Positions 27,608 to 36,532 of a stretch of 64,000 nt of DNA are shown here, piece after piece. The stretch is from the NCBI GenBank assembly GCA_964612665.1, contig CAZTCI010000001.1, positions 712,624-776,623 on the forward strand. Reading direction: 5' to 3'. The position numbers and the translations under genes are program-made. Below the pieces are notes generated by a model, which ran no database searches, was not told the origin of the DNA, and saw only the letters and a list, made by a program, of their open reading frames with translations. Positions within the stretch are counted from its first letter, which is position 1, and each line of letters opens with the position of its first letter. The DNA is from an uncultured Planctomycetales bacterium (GTDB taxonomy: Bacteria > Omnitrophota > Gorgyraeia > Zapsychrales > JAHFFX01).

Positions 27608-29827
27608 TTATTTTTGCAAACTAAAAACGATTGGTATTGTTAAATCCAATTCTTGGAGGTTAGTATCCGCAGGAAACGCGGTGTAAGGGGCCAGGCTTTT
27701 GGCGGTTGTAAGAGCAGCTTCATCGAAGATGTCGTGGCCAGAGGACTCTTTTACAGCAGCATAAGCTAAAGTCCCATCGCTTAAAATATGCAGCATCAAT
27801 TTTACGGTGCCTTCCCAATTGTATTGCCTTGCCTCGTCGGGATAATTGATGGCACTAGCGATTTTTTGTTGGACGGCGGCAGCGTAATTTTGACTTGATG
27901 AACTCTTAGCAGCCGCCGGTTTTGAAACTTTCTGACTATAAACAATAGGAACGTTCAACACCAAATCATCTAAATTTAATTTCAAAGGAAACGCGTCATA
28001 AGGTGAAAGAACTTGTGCCGTATGAAGCGCATCTTTATCAAAAATATTGTATCCTGAGGATTCTTTAATTTGTGAATCAGCTAATGAACCATTTTTTAAA
28101 AGATGTAAGCTCAATGTAACCGTTCCCTCCCAGCCTTTTTCTTTAGCTTCCGGCGGGTAGGTGATAGCCTTAGAAATTTTTTCTTGGATTGTTTTTGAAT
28201 AAGCGTCGATCAGGTCCTTTTGTTCAGCATTATTTCCGGATGCCCCTGCTTGTTCTCCTGAAGATTGATCTGTCGCTTCGGCGGTGGCATCTTGAAGCGG
28301 TATGGCATCAGCATTTTCAGACATTGAGCTTTGTGTTGGCATTCTCGACGGAGGGACTGATGTTTCAGATGTCATTGATGAATCTGATGACGACACTGAA
28401 GCGGCGTCGGATGTGGAAGATTCCGTTGTCTTAGCAGCAGGCGGAGGAACCTCTTTCGTTTTTTGCCGAAGAATCGTAGGCGTTACGGAAATAATTAACT
28501 CAGTGTCTTGATTGTTAGACGAAGGCGTTTTACGGGATCGGAAAACCGCACCCACAATAGGAATATCGCCCAGGAAAGGAACCTTGCGGACTGTTTCTCC
28601 CTCAACATGCTTAATCAAGCCAGCCAGAATAATCGTCTGCTGGTCGTCTAAAAGCAGCTGCGTTTGTGCCGTGCGGGTAGCAAAGGCAGGAACTTGCCCG
28701 ACGGAATGCGTTGGATCAACTTCGCTGACCTCGGTATTCATGACGACATTGACTTTATCCTGTTGGATTGTGGGGGTGATCGTTAGACTGATACCAAAAT
28801 CTTTAAACTCAACATTAGTCTGCACATTACCACCAACGGTCGTAGATGTCGTACTGATTGGAACCTGTCCTCCGACGAGAAAACTGGCCTCCTTACCGCT
28901 TTTGACGACCAATTTAGGTTTTGAAAGGACCCGGCCTTTTCCTTCTTCGACGACTGCATTAATAACGGCAGAAACAGATGTTGTTCGTCTAAGTTTGGCT
29001 ACTTTAAAAATGCTGTCTGCAAAAGGAATAGAACTTTGTGCTGTGCTGTCGACAAGCCCTTTTCCAGGCAACCCCTCGGTAATATTAATTTGATCAACCC
29101 AGTCTAAGCCGATGCTTTTGGATGCGGTGGCATTTAACTCGGCGAGCTGAACATCAACCTGAACCAAGTCGTTGCTGATATCTTCACGCAAAAGATTAAT
29201 CACATTGGTCATGTAAGGATGAATAATAGCGTCGGCCTCGGCTTTCTTTTGTTCACTTAAATTACCCGAAGCCACGACCTTACCTTCGTAAAGGTTCACT
29301 TCAAGATTAACTCCGTCGATCTTGGCGACTTTGAAAAGTTCTTCCAGCCGGGTTTTTAAAATATTTAAATCCTCGGCGTAAACACGGATCATTATTGTCC
29401 GCTTGCCATATTGGTCCCACACAAATAAAGCTGATTGTCCTGGTTTCTTGGCCAGCAAGAGGATTTCATCATTGGTGACATTCGCGATGTCCGCAATGTC
29501 AGGATCACTTACAGAAACACGCACTAATGAATAGGCTTTAATCGGAGTGAGTTCTCCTTTAAGCATGTGAACTTCGTCTTGATGTAGGATGTCAGGAGGA
29601 AGGTCTTTGGAGTCTTGCTTAGCATCTTGTTTCGTATCTTGGCTGGCGGTCTTGTCCTCGCCAAAAATTTCTTTCGGAGCAATCCATAGAGTTTCCATTA
29701 AAATGAAACCCATCAAAACAACCCACGCACAGCTCTTATTGATTTTTTTATCAAAAGCTCGGTGATTTAGGCTAGATCTCTTTTCCTCGACGGAATAAAA
29801 ATCTATAAGCTGTTTTTTATTTTTCAT
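27608..29827 (-). CDS. cpaC: Flp pilus secretin CpaC/RcpA-like with two C-terminal TonB C-terminal (TonB_C) domains; 739 aa
   Basis: Secretin core …VRKVPFLGDIPIVGAVFRS…ELIISVTPTIL. Two repeats at the C-terminus, YPPEAKEKGWEGTVTLSLHLLKNGSL…ESSGYNIFDKDAL and YPDEARQYNWEGTVKLMLHILSDGTL…ESSGHDIFDEAAL, each fit the TonB_C signature. Confidence 0.75.
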   Translation of the reverse strand: MKNKKQLIDFYSVEEKRSSLNHRAFDKKINKSCAWVVLMGFILMETLWIAPKEIFGEDKTASQDTKQDAKQDSKDLPPDILHQDEVHMLKGELTPIKAYSLVRVSVSDPDIADIANVTNDEILLLAKKPGQSALFVWDQYGKRTIMIRVYAEDLNILKTRLEELFKVAKIDGVNLEVNLYEGKVVASGNLSEQKKAEADAIIHPYMTNVINLLREDISNDLVQVDVQLAELNATASKSIGLDWVDQINITEGLPGKGLVDSTAQSSIPFADSIFKVAKLRRTTSVSAVINAVVEEGKGRVLSKPKLVVKSGKEASFLVGGQVPISTTSTTVGGNVQTNVEFKDFGISLTITPTIQQDKVNVVMNTEVSEVDPTHSVGQVPAFATRTAQTQLLLDDQQTIILAGLIKHVEGETVRKVPFLGDIPIVGAVFRSRKTPSSNNQDTELIISVTPTILRQKTKEVPPPAAKTTESSTSDAASVSSSDSSMTSETSVPPSRMPTQSSMSENADAIPLQDATAEATDQSSGEQAGASGNNAEQKDLIDAYSKTIQEKISKAITYPPEAKEKGWEGTVTLSLHLLKNGSLADSQIKESSGYNIFDKDALHTAQVLSPYDAFPLKLNLDDLVLNVPIVYSQKVSKPAAAKSSSSQNYAAAVQQKIASAINYPDEARQYNWEGTVKLMLHILSDGTLAYAAVKESSGHDIFDEAALTTAKSLAPYTAFPADTNLQELDLTIPIVFSLQK

Positions 29828-29852
29828 CTACGTTAGGCTCCTAAAAATGAGA

Positions 29853-30650
29853 TTATAATTCCCGGCCCCCGCGAAATATTTGAATAACCGGCTTAGCTTC
29901 TTCAGCGGCTGGTTCGAATGAACTGGTTTTCGCCTTTGTCCCGCCAAGTTCAGTACCTTGTCTTTCCAAAACATAGTCCGCGAGCGTTTGCCAATTATAA
30001 GGAGGTACCATAAATGATTCTGTTTCGGAAGGAGAACGTAACGCCAACTGGAGCTTACCATTTTGCTGAACAAAACTCAGCAGCCCTGCTTCTTCTGGAT
30101 CCAGCGCAAAAGTCACAGTCAAATCCTTGGTCTGCTGCTGGGCTTCATAAACACCAGGAGAATTCACATTCGTCCCGACAGCTAAGACTTGAACGTTTTG
30201 AAAAATCATGGCTGTAATTGTTTGGGCTGGTTGATATCCGACTTGCTGAGAACCGGGAGGTGTCATCTGCGCGAGAATGTCGACGAAATCGCCGGGATTG
30301 ATTAAACCACCGACGGCGGCGAGAGAATCAATTCGAACAGTGACGGCTCTCTTGCCCGCAGGTGTTTTGACAGCTAATGATGATTGGGGAATAATGGCAG
30401 CCGGCCCTTTTTCGGCGGCGGCTTTTTGCGCGGCAGCAATTGCCTGTTGGCGCACAGTGCCTAATTCTGTTTTTAATGCGGTGATTTCTTCTTTGAGGGG
30501 TTCAACATTTTTTTGAATTTCTTGAGAGGCAACTTCTTCTTTTTTAGTGATTTCACTTTGAATATAATTTCCGGCTCCGATGGCGGCGATTAATCCTATG
30601 GTCAACGCGATCACAATGATAACAATCGTTCTTCGCTGTTCATTGGTCAT
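29853..30650 (-). CDS. cpaB: Flp pilus assembly protein CpaB/RcpC (SAF domain)
   Basis: N-terminal TM, coiled region, …AVTVRIDSLAAVGGLINPGDFVDILA… typical of CpaB. Confidence 0.7.
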   Translation of the reverse strand: MTNEQRRTIVIIVIALTIGLIAAIGAGNYIQSEITKKEEVASQEIQKNVEPLKEEITALKTELGTVRQQAIAAAQKAAAEKGPAAIIPQSSLAVKTPAGKRAVTVRIDSLAAVGGLINPGDFVDILAQMTPPGSQQVGYQPAQTITAMIFQNVQVLAVGTNVNSPGVYEAQQQTKDLTVTFALDPEEAGLLSFVQQNGKLQLALRSPSETESFMVPPYNWQTLADYVLERQGTELGGTKAKTSSFEPAAEEAKPVIQIFRGGREL

Positions 30651-31633
30651 AACTTGACTCCTTCTAAAAGGGATTCATTACGTGTGACTGGTTTCTTTTG
30701 TTCCAGTTCTTTAAGATAACTTTCAACGGTTTGCTGCTGTTTAATTTGGAGCAATCCGTTTTTAATATCGTTTTTCACGTCGAGGAAACCTAATTGTTTC
30801 CCGCCCTTTTTCTCCTCAAGTTTTACAATCGAGTACCCTTCCGATCCTTTAAAAACCGCGCTGACATCACCGACTTCCAAATTCAAAACCGCCGCGGCCG
30901 TGGCTTGATCTAAATCAGCTCCCTTAATTAAACCTAAATCTCCGCCTTTAGCCGCTGTTTTTCCTTTGGAACGTGCTTGGGCAGTTTGCGCAAAGTCTGC
31001 GCCTTTTAAAACATCAACCAGAATATCTTTCGCCTCGGGTTGAGTAGGAACAACGATCGCGCGCAAATGATATTCGGCCGGCTCAACAAACATATTTTTG
31101 TTTTGGTTAAAATAATCTTGGACTTCGTTGTCCGTGACGGTGACACTTGTGATCAAATTATTAACATTTTCTCGGACAAGAAGCGTCCGACGGAATTCGC
31201 TAACCGCATCTTGGATTTCTTTTTTATTTCCCAAACCTTTTTCTTCAGCATCCATGACCATCAACTGCTGCCTGACCAATTCATCTAATACGAGCTTCTT
31301 GGATTCGGGTTTCTTTATGTCAAAATCAGGCACGACGTCTTTTAAATTCTTAAGCCGGTCTTTAAATTCATCGACTGTGATTGACCAGCTGCCGACACTT
31401 GCCAGGACATCGGCTTGCGTGTTTAAAGCCGCAGCTGCGCTGGCTTGGTCTTTAATTTTTTCCGTCGAGGTTTTAACCGGCGGTGGTTGAACTGCTTTGT
31501 CTTCGCTTGTGCTGGCTGTTGTTTTTTTGTTTTTGTTAAAAATTGATTCGATCGTTGAAGAAATTTGATCACAGCCAGCAATAGTTAAACAAAATAAGGC
31601 GGCCGCGACAATAAAAATTCTATCTTTTTTCAT
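30647..31633 (-). CDS. lipoprotein peptidyl-prolyl isomerase (SurA/PrsA-like, parvulin-type)
   Basis: lipobox LTIAGC; SurA-N-like region and rotamase segment …GGDLGLIKGADLD…GYSIVKLEE. Confidence 0.6.
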   Translation of the reverse strand: MKKDRIFIVAAALFCLTIAGCDQISSTIESIFNKNKKTTASTSEDKAVQPPPVKTSTEKIKDQASAAAALNTQADVLASVGSWSITVDEFKDRLKNLKDVVPDFDIKKPESKKLVLDELVRQQLMVMDAEEKGLGNKKEIQDAVSEFRRTLLVRENVNNLITSVTVTDNEVQDYFNQNKNMFVEPAEYHLRAIVVPTQPEAKDILVDVLKGADFAQTAQARSKGKTAAKGGDLGLIKGADLDQATAAAVLNLEVGDVSAVFKGSEGYSIVKLEEKKGGKQLGFLDVKNDIKNGLLQIKQQQTVESYLKELEQKKPVTRNESLLEGVKL

Positions 31634-31724
31634 TCAAAGAAACCTTAATAAATAAATTTAGAGTAAGTATAACCTAGCTTTTTGGGAAAAACAAAGATGT
31701 TTTAAAAAATTCTTGAGGCTTAAA

Positions 31725-32771
31725 TTAACAGGGTGGCCCGCCGCCTCCTGCTCCCTTAGGACATCCATGGCAGTCAAAATTTTTATTTCTAAAACCCTGA
31801 TTAAATCGTTGATCGCAATTAAAATTAGTAGCTGGATTATTCCAATCCGTTGACCAGACAGGACAGCTTTTTCCCCTAATAATACAATTTGCCGGTCCTA
31901 GACCTCCAGCAGGAGGAACGTTGGAACACTTTACAGTACCTATTACCGTGTCACTCGAACTTGGAAAACAAGAAGTCCCTTCCTGAAAATATATTTCCCC
32001 CGTAGCTGTATTGTTGGCAACGCAACCCCAATTGCTTCCGCCCGACATATTAACATCACAACCCGCAATAAATGGGCATTCTGGAGGACATCGAAGGGCT
32101 GGATTTACATCGGTGCCTTGGCAATCCCCGTTAACATTTGTAAGTGGTATATTACATTCCGGCGGCTGGCATCTTTGCAATTGAGGATCAAAGGGGTAAG
32201 CTCCGTCGCACACCGCTTCGCATTTGGCACCTGTACAATTAGCGACGGGGATCCACGGCGTTGGCGAGGGAACATTCTGGTCTGAGCCAGTGCAAATCGT
32301 TGCATGGTCAGGAATTGAACCGGTGCATCCAGCCGGACAGATAGGATCAGGAACACAATTTTTGGGCTGAAGATTATTGCCGCATTGAATTAGTGTGCTT
32401 TGTCCCGTCGGACAGCCGCCGCTCGCTCCGCACAATTTCGTACAGCAGGTATCATCAACAATACAACTGGTTTCCTGAGGTTCACAATCAAGAGGCGTGC
32501 AATTTTTTTGATACAGCTTTTCCGTCGGTTTACACGATCCCAATCCGCAGCCAATCGGTTCTTTCGGGCATTTACATGTGGGCGCCGGAAAATCAAAGCC
32601 TCCTTTTATCATTGGGTCGGTGTAAGAATCGTCGGCAACATCTTCCCACATTTTAAGATGGGCATTGACCGAGCGAATAACATACGGCCCCATGACAACA
32701 ATCCCAACCATGACCAAAACCATAACCGTAAGATATTCAAGCGTTGATTGGGCTTCTTTGGATAGGCGCAT
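31725..32771 (-). CDS. large Flp-motif pilin-like cysteine-rich protein (348 aa)
   Basis: MRLSKEAQSTLEYLTVMVLVMVGIVVMG (A/QSTL-EY + helix); rest has >40 Cys in CxxC/CPxxC patterns. Confidence 0.6.
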   Translation of the reverse strand: MRLSKEAQSTLEYLTVMVLVMVGIVVMGPYVIRSVNAHLKMWEDVADDSYTDPMIKGGFDFPAPTCKCPKEPIGCGLGSCKPTEKLYQKNCTPLDCEPQETSCIVDDTCCTKLCGASGGCPTGQSTLIQCGNNLQPKNCVPDPICPAGCTGSIPDHATICTGSDQNVPSPTPWIPVANCTGAKCEAVCDGAYPFDPQLQRCQPPECNIPLTNVNGDCQGTDVNPALRCPPECPFIAGCDVNMSGGSNWGCVANNTATGEIYFQEGTSCFPSSSDTVIGTVKCSNVPPAGGLGPANCIIRGKSCPVWSTDWNNPATNFNCDQRFNQGFRNKNFDCHGCPKGAGGGGPPC

Positions 32772-32942
32772 AAAATTTAGTCCATTTCGACAAATTAATA
32801 TTTATCGAAGACCTTAAGGACTATTAGCGGGTTTTTCTCGTCAGTAGACAATTTTTTGGAGAATACATTTAAAGTATATTATAAAGAAAACCGGGATGCA
32901 ATGTGCTTATCAGGTTTTTTTAATTTTTTTCTAAAAAAATTT

Positions 32943-33923
32943 TCAATTAAAAATTTTTTTAACTGTATCCCTTTCTTCCTCTAATTCTTTTAAAGTTATG
33001 TTAATTTTTTCTTTAGTAAACTCATTCACAGAAATTCCTTGAACAATTTCCCAGCCTTTTCCGTTTGAACGGACAGGAAAGCTAAACATTAAACCCTCTG
33101 GAATGCCGTAACTTCCATCAGAAGCTACTGCGACGGAGAAAAATTCGCCGGGCTTGGTTGCGCTCCGCAAGTTTTTAACCGTATCAATAACGGCATTTGC
33201 CGCCGATGCAGCGGAAGAGGCGCCGCGGGCCTTAATAATCTCAGCTCCCCGTTTTTGAACCGCTTCAATAAAAGTTGTTTTAAGCCAAGTCTCATCGGGA
33301 ATTACTTGTGTGACTAATTTTCCATTGATTGTCGCGTTATAAAAATCCGGATACTGTGTGGCTGAATGATTTCCCCAAATTGCTACATTTTTAATATCGG
33401 TCACGCCAACGCCTGCTTTCATTGCAAGCTGGGCTACGGCGCGGTTTTGATCAAGCATGGTCATGGCAAAAAAATTCTTCGGCGAAATATTTTTAACCGC
33501 CATCTTGGCAATATAGGCATTAGTATTGCAAGGATTTCCGACGACAAGAATGCGACAATCCTTTTTGGCATGAGCATCCAAATTTTTTCCCTGTTCAATA
33601 AAAATGTTTCCGTTAATCTTAAGCAGATCTCCTCGCTCCATCCCTGCCTTGCGCGGCACACTGCCGACTAAAAGAGCCCAATCAATATCTTTAAAAGCAA
33701 CGTCTTGTTTTGAACTTGTTGTGATAGATTTGAGCAATGGAAATGCGCAGTCCTGAAGTTCCATAACAACACCATTAAGCGCTGGCAAGGCTGCTTCGAG
33801 TTCTAAAAGATTTAATTCGATTTCCGTGTCCCGGCCGAACATTTCTCCGGCGGCAATTCTAAAAAGCAAAGCATAACCGATCTGACCGGCCGCACCCGTC
33901 ACTGCAACCCTAATTCGTCCCAT
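32943..33923 (-). CDS. mdh: malate dehydrogenase (NAD-dependent, LDH/MDH family)
   Basis: [17 protein letters not shown]… Rossmann motif, 326 aa, MDH-like throughout. Confidence 0.85.
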   Translation of the reverse strand: MGRIRVAVTGAAGQIGYALLFRIAAGEMFGRDTEIELNLLELEAALPALNGVVMELQDCAFPLLKSITTSSKQDVAFKDIDWALLVGSVPRKAGMERGDLLKINGNIFIEQGKNLDAHAKKDCRILVVGNPCNTNAYIAKMAVKNISPKNFFAMTMLDQNRAVAQLAMKAGVGVTDIKNVAIWGNHSATQYPDFYNATINGKLVTQVIPDETWLKTTFIEAVQKRGAEIIKARGASSAASAANAVIDTVKNLRSATKPGEFFSVAVASDGSYGIPEGLMFSFPVRSNGKGWEIVQGISVNEFTKEKINITLKELEEERDTVKKIFN

Positions 33924-33937
33924 AAGAATAGCTCCTT

Positions 33938-34267
33938 TTAATCAACCAACATGGCTTTAAGAATTTCTTTCATGCTACGTATTGTTTCTTTATCTAACTT
34001 TCCCATCTTTTTTACTAAGCGCCTTTTATCAATGGTGCGAATTTGATCTAAAACAATCCAACCATCTCTTTCCTGAAATTTAACTGAAACTCTCGTGGGA
34101 TAATGATGAGAACGTGATGTGAGGGGAGCAATAATAACGGTGCTTACATTTTGATTTATTTCGTCGGGAGAAATAACAACACAAGGGCGTGTTTTTTTAA
34201 TTTCGCTGCCAAGCGCAGGGTCCAGCGTAACCCAAAAAACATCATACTGCTTTACTACCATTCCCAT
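33938..34267 (-). CDS. mazF: type II toxin MazF/PemK-family endoribonuclease
   Basis: 109 aa; …[31 protein letters not shown]… PemK/MazF signature; 4-nt region overlap with upstream antitoxin. Confidence 0.8.
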   Translation of the reverse strand: MGMVVKQYDVFWVTLDPALGSEIKKTRPCVVISPDEINQNVSTVIIAPLTSRSHHYPTRVSVKFQERDGWIVLDQIRTIDKRRLVKKMGKLDKETIRSMKEILKAMLVD

Positions 34268-34503
34268 TCCTTCATCGGCAAATCTATTTTATCGTTAATA
34301 AGTAATGTATCTTCACCCCGAGCATGCATATCTTTAAAAGCTTTATCCCAGCCTTCTCTCGTATTTTTTTGAACGGGTTTCAAAATAATTTGTTCACCTT
34401 CAACGCGTAAATCTAAAGTTTTTCTAATACGGCATTGGTTTAAAATCGCCTTGGGAATTCTTATACCTTTTGAATTGCCGATTGGAACCAGATTAATTTT
34501 CAT
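34255..34503 (-). CDS. mazE: type II antitoxin MazE (AbrB/SpoVT swapped-hairpin)
   Basis: 82 aa; …LVPIGNSKGIRIPKAILNQ… AbrB/MazE fold motif. Confidence 0.75.
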   Translation of the reverse strand: MKINLVPIGNSKGIRIPKAILNQCRIRKTLDLRVEGEQIILKPVQKNTREGWDKAFKDMHARGEDTLLINDKIDLPMKEWEW

Positions 34504-34551
34504 GTGTTTATCACCTCGTGATGTAACTATAATGTAATTATATTAGCCCTG

Positions 34552-35352
34552 TCAACGCATTTTCCCGAAATAACGAATAGACGGTAAAATCGCTTGCGTT
34601 CTTTTTATTCGAGATTGATTTAGGTGACCATAAATAATCTCTTCTTTGTTTCCCGAAGCTTTCGCCAAAATTTCTCCCCACGGCCCGACGATCAAACTAT
34701 GCCCAAAGGCTTGAACGCCCCGCTCATCGCTTCCACACTGATTCGGCGCTAAAACATAACACCGGTTTTCAATCGCTCTGGCTCTCACCAAAACTTCCCA
34801 ATGCGCTTGGCCTGTTGTCCTGGTAAAACACGACGGGATAGCGATAATATCTGCATGCCTTTTGAAATAAGCGCGATATAATTCCGGAAATCGCAGATCA
34901 TAACAAATAGATAATGCTGTTTTAAATTCGCCCACAGTGGCTAAGGCTAATTTTTTGCCAGCTAAAAGTGTCTGCGATTCGTTAATGGTCTGCCGGCCGA
35001 TTACGGCTTGAAATAAATTTATTTTACGGTATCGCGCAATTATTTCTCCGACGGGATTAATCAGTGTGGTGGTGTTAAAAACTTTTGAAGCGCCAGGATT
35101 TTTTTCATAAATTGAACCGGCGAGAATAAAAACTTTTTTTTCTTTAGCTAATTTCATTAAAGGTAGGAGCGATTCGCCCGGGATGGTTTCGGCGATTGTC
35201 GTTTTGGGCGCCGATCCACGGTAATGGAAGATCTCGGGTAATAAAATAAATTCGGCTTTTCGGGAAGCGGCTTGACGCGCAAAGCCTTCGGCCTTTTGAA
35301 GATTACGCTTCTTATCCGCTGTAGCGTTCATCTGAATTAATGCGACTTTCAT
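34552..35352 (-). CDS. carbon-nitrogen hydrolase family protein (nitrilase/omega-amidase-like)
   Basis: MKVALIQMN… E-K-C triad-type layout, 266 aa. Confidence 0.75.
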   Translation of the reverse strand: MKVALIQMNATADKKRNLQKAEGFARQAASRKAEFILLPEIFHYRGSAPKTTIAETIPGESLLPLMKLAKEKKVFILAGSIYEKNPGASKVFNTTTLINPVGEIIARYRKINLFQAVIGRQTINESQTLLAGKKLALATVGEFKTALSICYDLRFPELYRAYFKRHADIIAIPSCFTRTTGQAHWEVLVRARAIENRCYVLAPNQCGSDERGVQAFGHSLIVGPWGEILAKASGNKEEIIYGHLNQSRIKRTQAILPSIRYFGKMR

Positions 35353-35432
35353 GAAATAGATTTCCTAAAAAACAAAAGAGCCAACCGCCGCATTCGACGA
35401 CGGTTGACTCTTTTAATTATGTGAATTGTTGT

Positions 35433-36071
35433 TTACTTTTTCTTAAGCGCTTCACCATATTCTTTATGACATTTCGTATAAAAATCCTGTTTACGCAAAG
35501 CGCTACGCCACTTCGCGACATTTTTATATTTGCTTAAATCAATATTGGCCGCTTCCGCCGGGTCTAAGAGCGCTAAAAGATTAATGTCCGCCAAGGTCAT
35601 TTCATCCCCGGCTAAATATTTTTGTTTAGAAAGCTGTTCATCAACAACGGGTAAAAATCTTTCCAGAAAAGAGATCCCTTCCTTAAGAGAATTCTCATCG
35701 ACTGGAACACCGCGCATCGGGGCAAACAAACGATTATAAACAACTTTGCTCAACGCCAGCCCGACGTGCATGCTGCCAAAATCAAGCCATTGCTCGACGA
35801 TCGCACGCGCTTTGCTGTCTTTGGGATATAAAGGCGATTTATTTTTGTCAGCTAAATAACGAATGATCGCGTTACTTTCAAATAAATTAAAACCATCATC
35901 ATCAATCGCCGGAATTTTATTCGCCGGATGAACTTTTTTATATTCCGGCTTCATGTGTTCACCTTCCCGCAAGTTGACTTTTACGTATTCATATTTCAAC
36001 CCCAACGAATTCGCCACAAACCGAACTTTGTTCGCCGGCGAAGATAGATCGCTTCCGTAGATTTTAAGCAT
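35433..36071 (-). CDS. glutathione S-transferase
   Basis: MLKIYGSDLSSPANKVRFVA…NAIIRYLADK thioredoxin-like N-domain. Confidence 0.75.
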   Translation of the reverse strand: MLKIYGSDLSSPANKVRFVANSLGLKYEYVKVNLREGEHMKPEYKKVHPANKIPAIDDDGFNLFESNAIIRYLADKNKSPLYPKDSKARAIVEQWLDFGSMHVGLALSKVVYNRLFAPMRGVPVDENSLKEGISFLERFLPVVDEQLSKQKYLAGDEMTLADINLLALLDPAEAANIDLSKYKNVAKWRSALRKQDFYTKCHKEYGEALKKK

Positions 36072-36250
36072 GTTGCCTCCTGATAATTTACGTTATGAAA
36101 TTTCTTTAGATCGTGTTCTGTGGTTTTTTAACTCGGCAATTTCTTACGCTCAAATACTTTCGTGTTTGAGCTTCGTAGGAATTCTGCTTCGCCTAGAGCA
36201 GAACCTGTTCCTGCAAAGCCCCCCCACGAAAGTATGGGGGCGAAGCAGAA

Positions 36251-36324
36251 CGACCCCAGCGGGATTTGAACCCGCGCTGCGAGCTTGAAAAGCTCGTGTC
36301 CTGACCAGGCTAGACGATGGGGTC
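36251..36324 (-). tRNA. tRNA-Glu (anticodon TTC)
   Basis: The reverse complement folds as a cloverleaf: GACCCCA acceptor, CGAGC-TTTTCAA-GCTCG anticodon arm, GCGGGTTCAAATCCCGC T-arm. Confidence 0.85.
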
Positions 36325-36532
36325 AAAATTTATTTCATAAATTTTGATTCTGAGGCTTGCTTCTAAAGCCGAAGAATCTGCGGAATTTTTTGCGAATAGG
36401 TTGCCTATTATAGGCAAAGCTCTTCGGCGGTCAAGTAAAAATTCCCGCCTTCGTTTTAATTTTACTCACACCGGCCTTTTTGAAACCCGTCTACAACTAT
36501 TTTCCAAAAAGCTAATTTCCGTCGAGATTTAA

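Noticed and set aside
28189-29093. Plus-strand ORFs up to 193 aa
   Set aside because: Antisense to secretin gene with strong secretin/TonB_C signatures; rejected as shadows.
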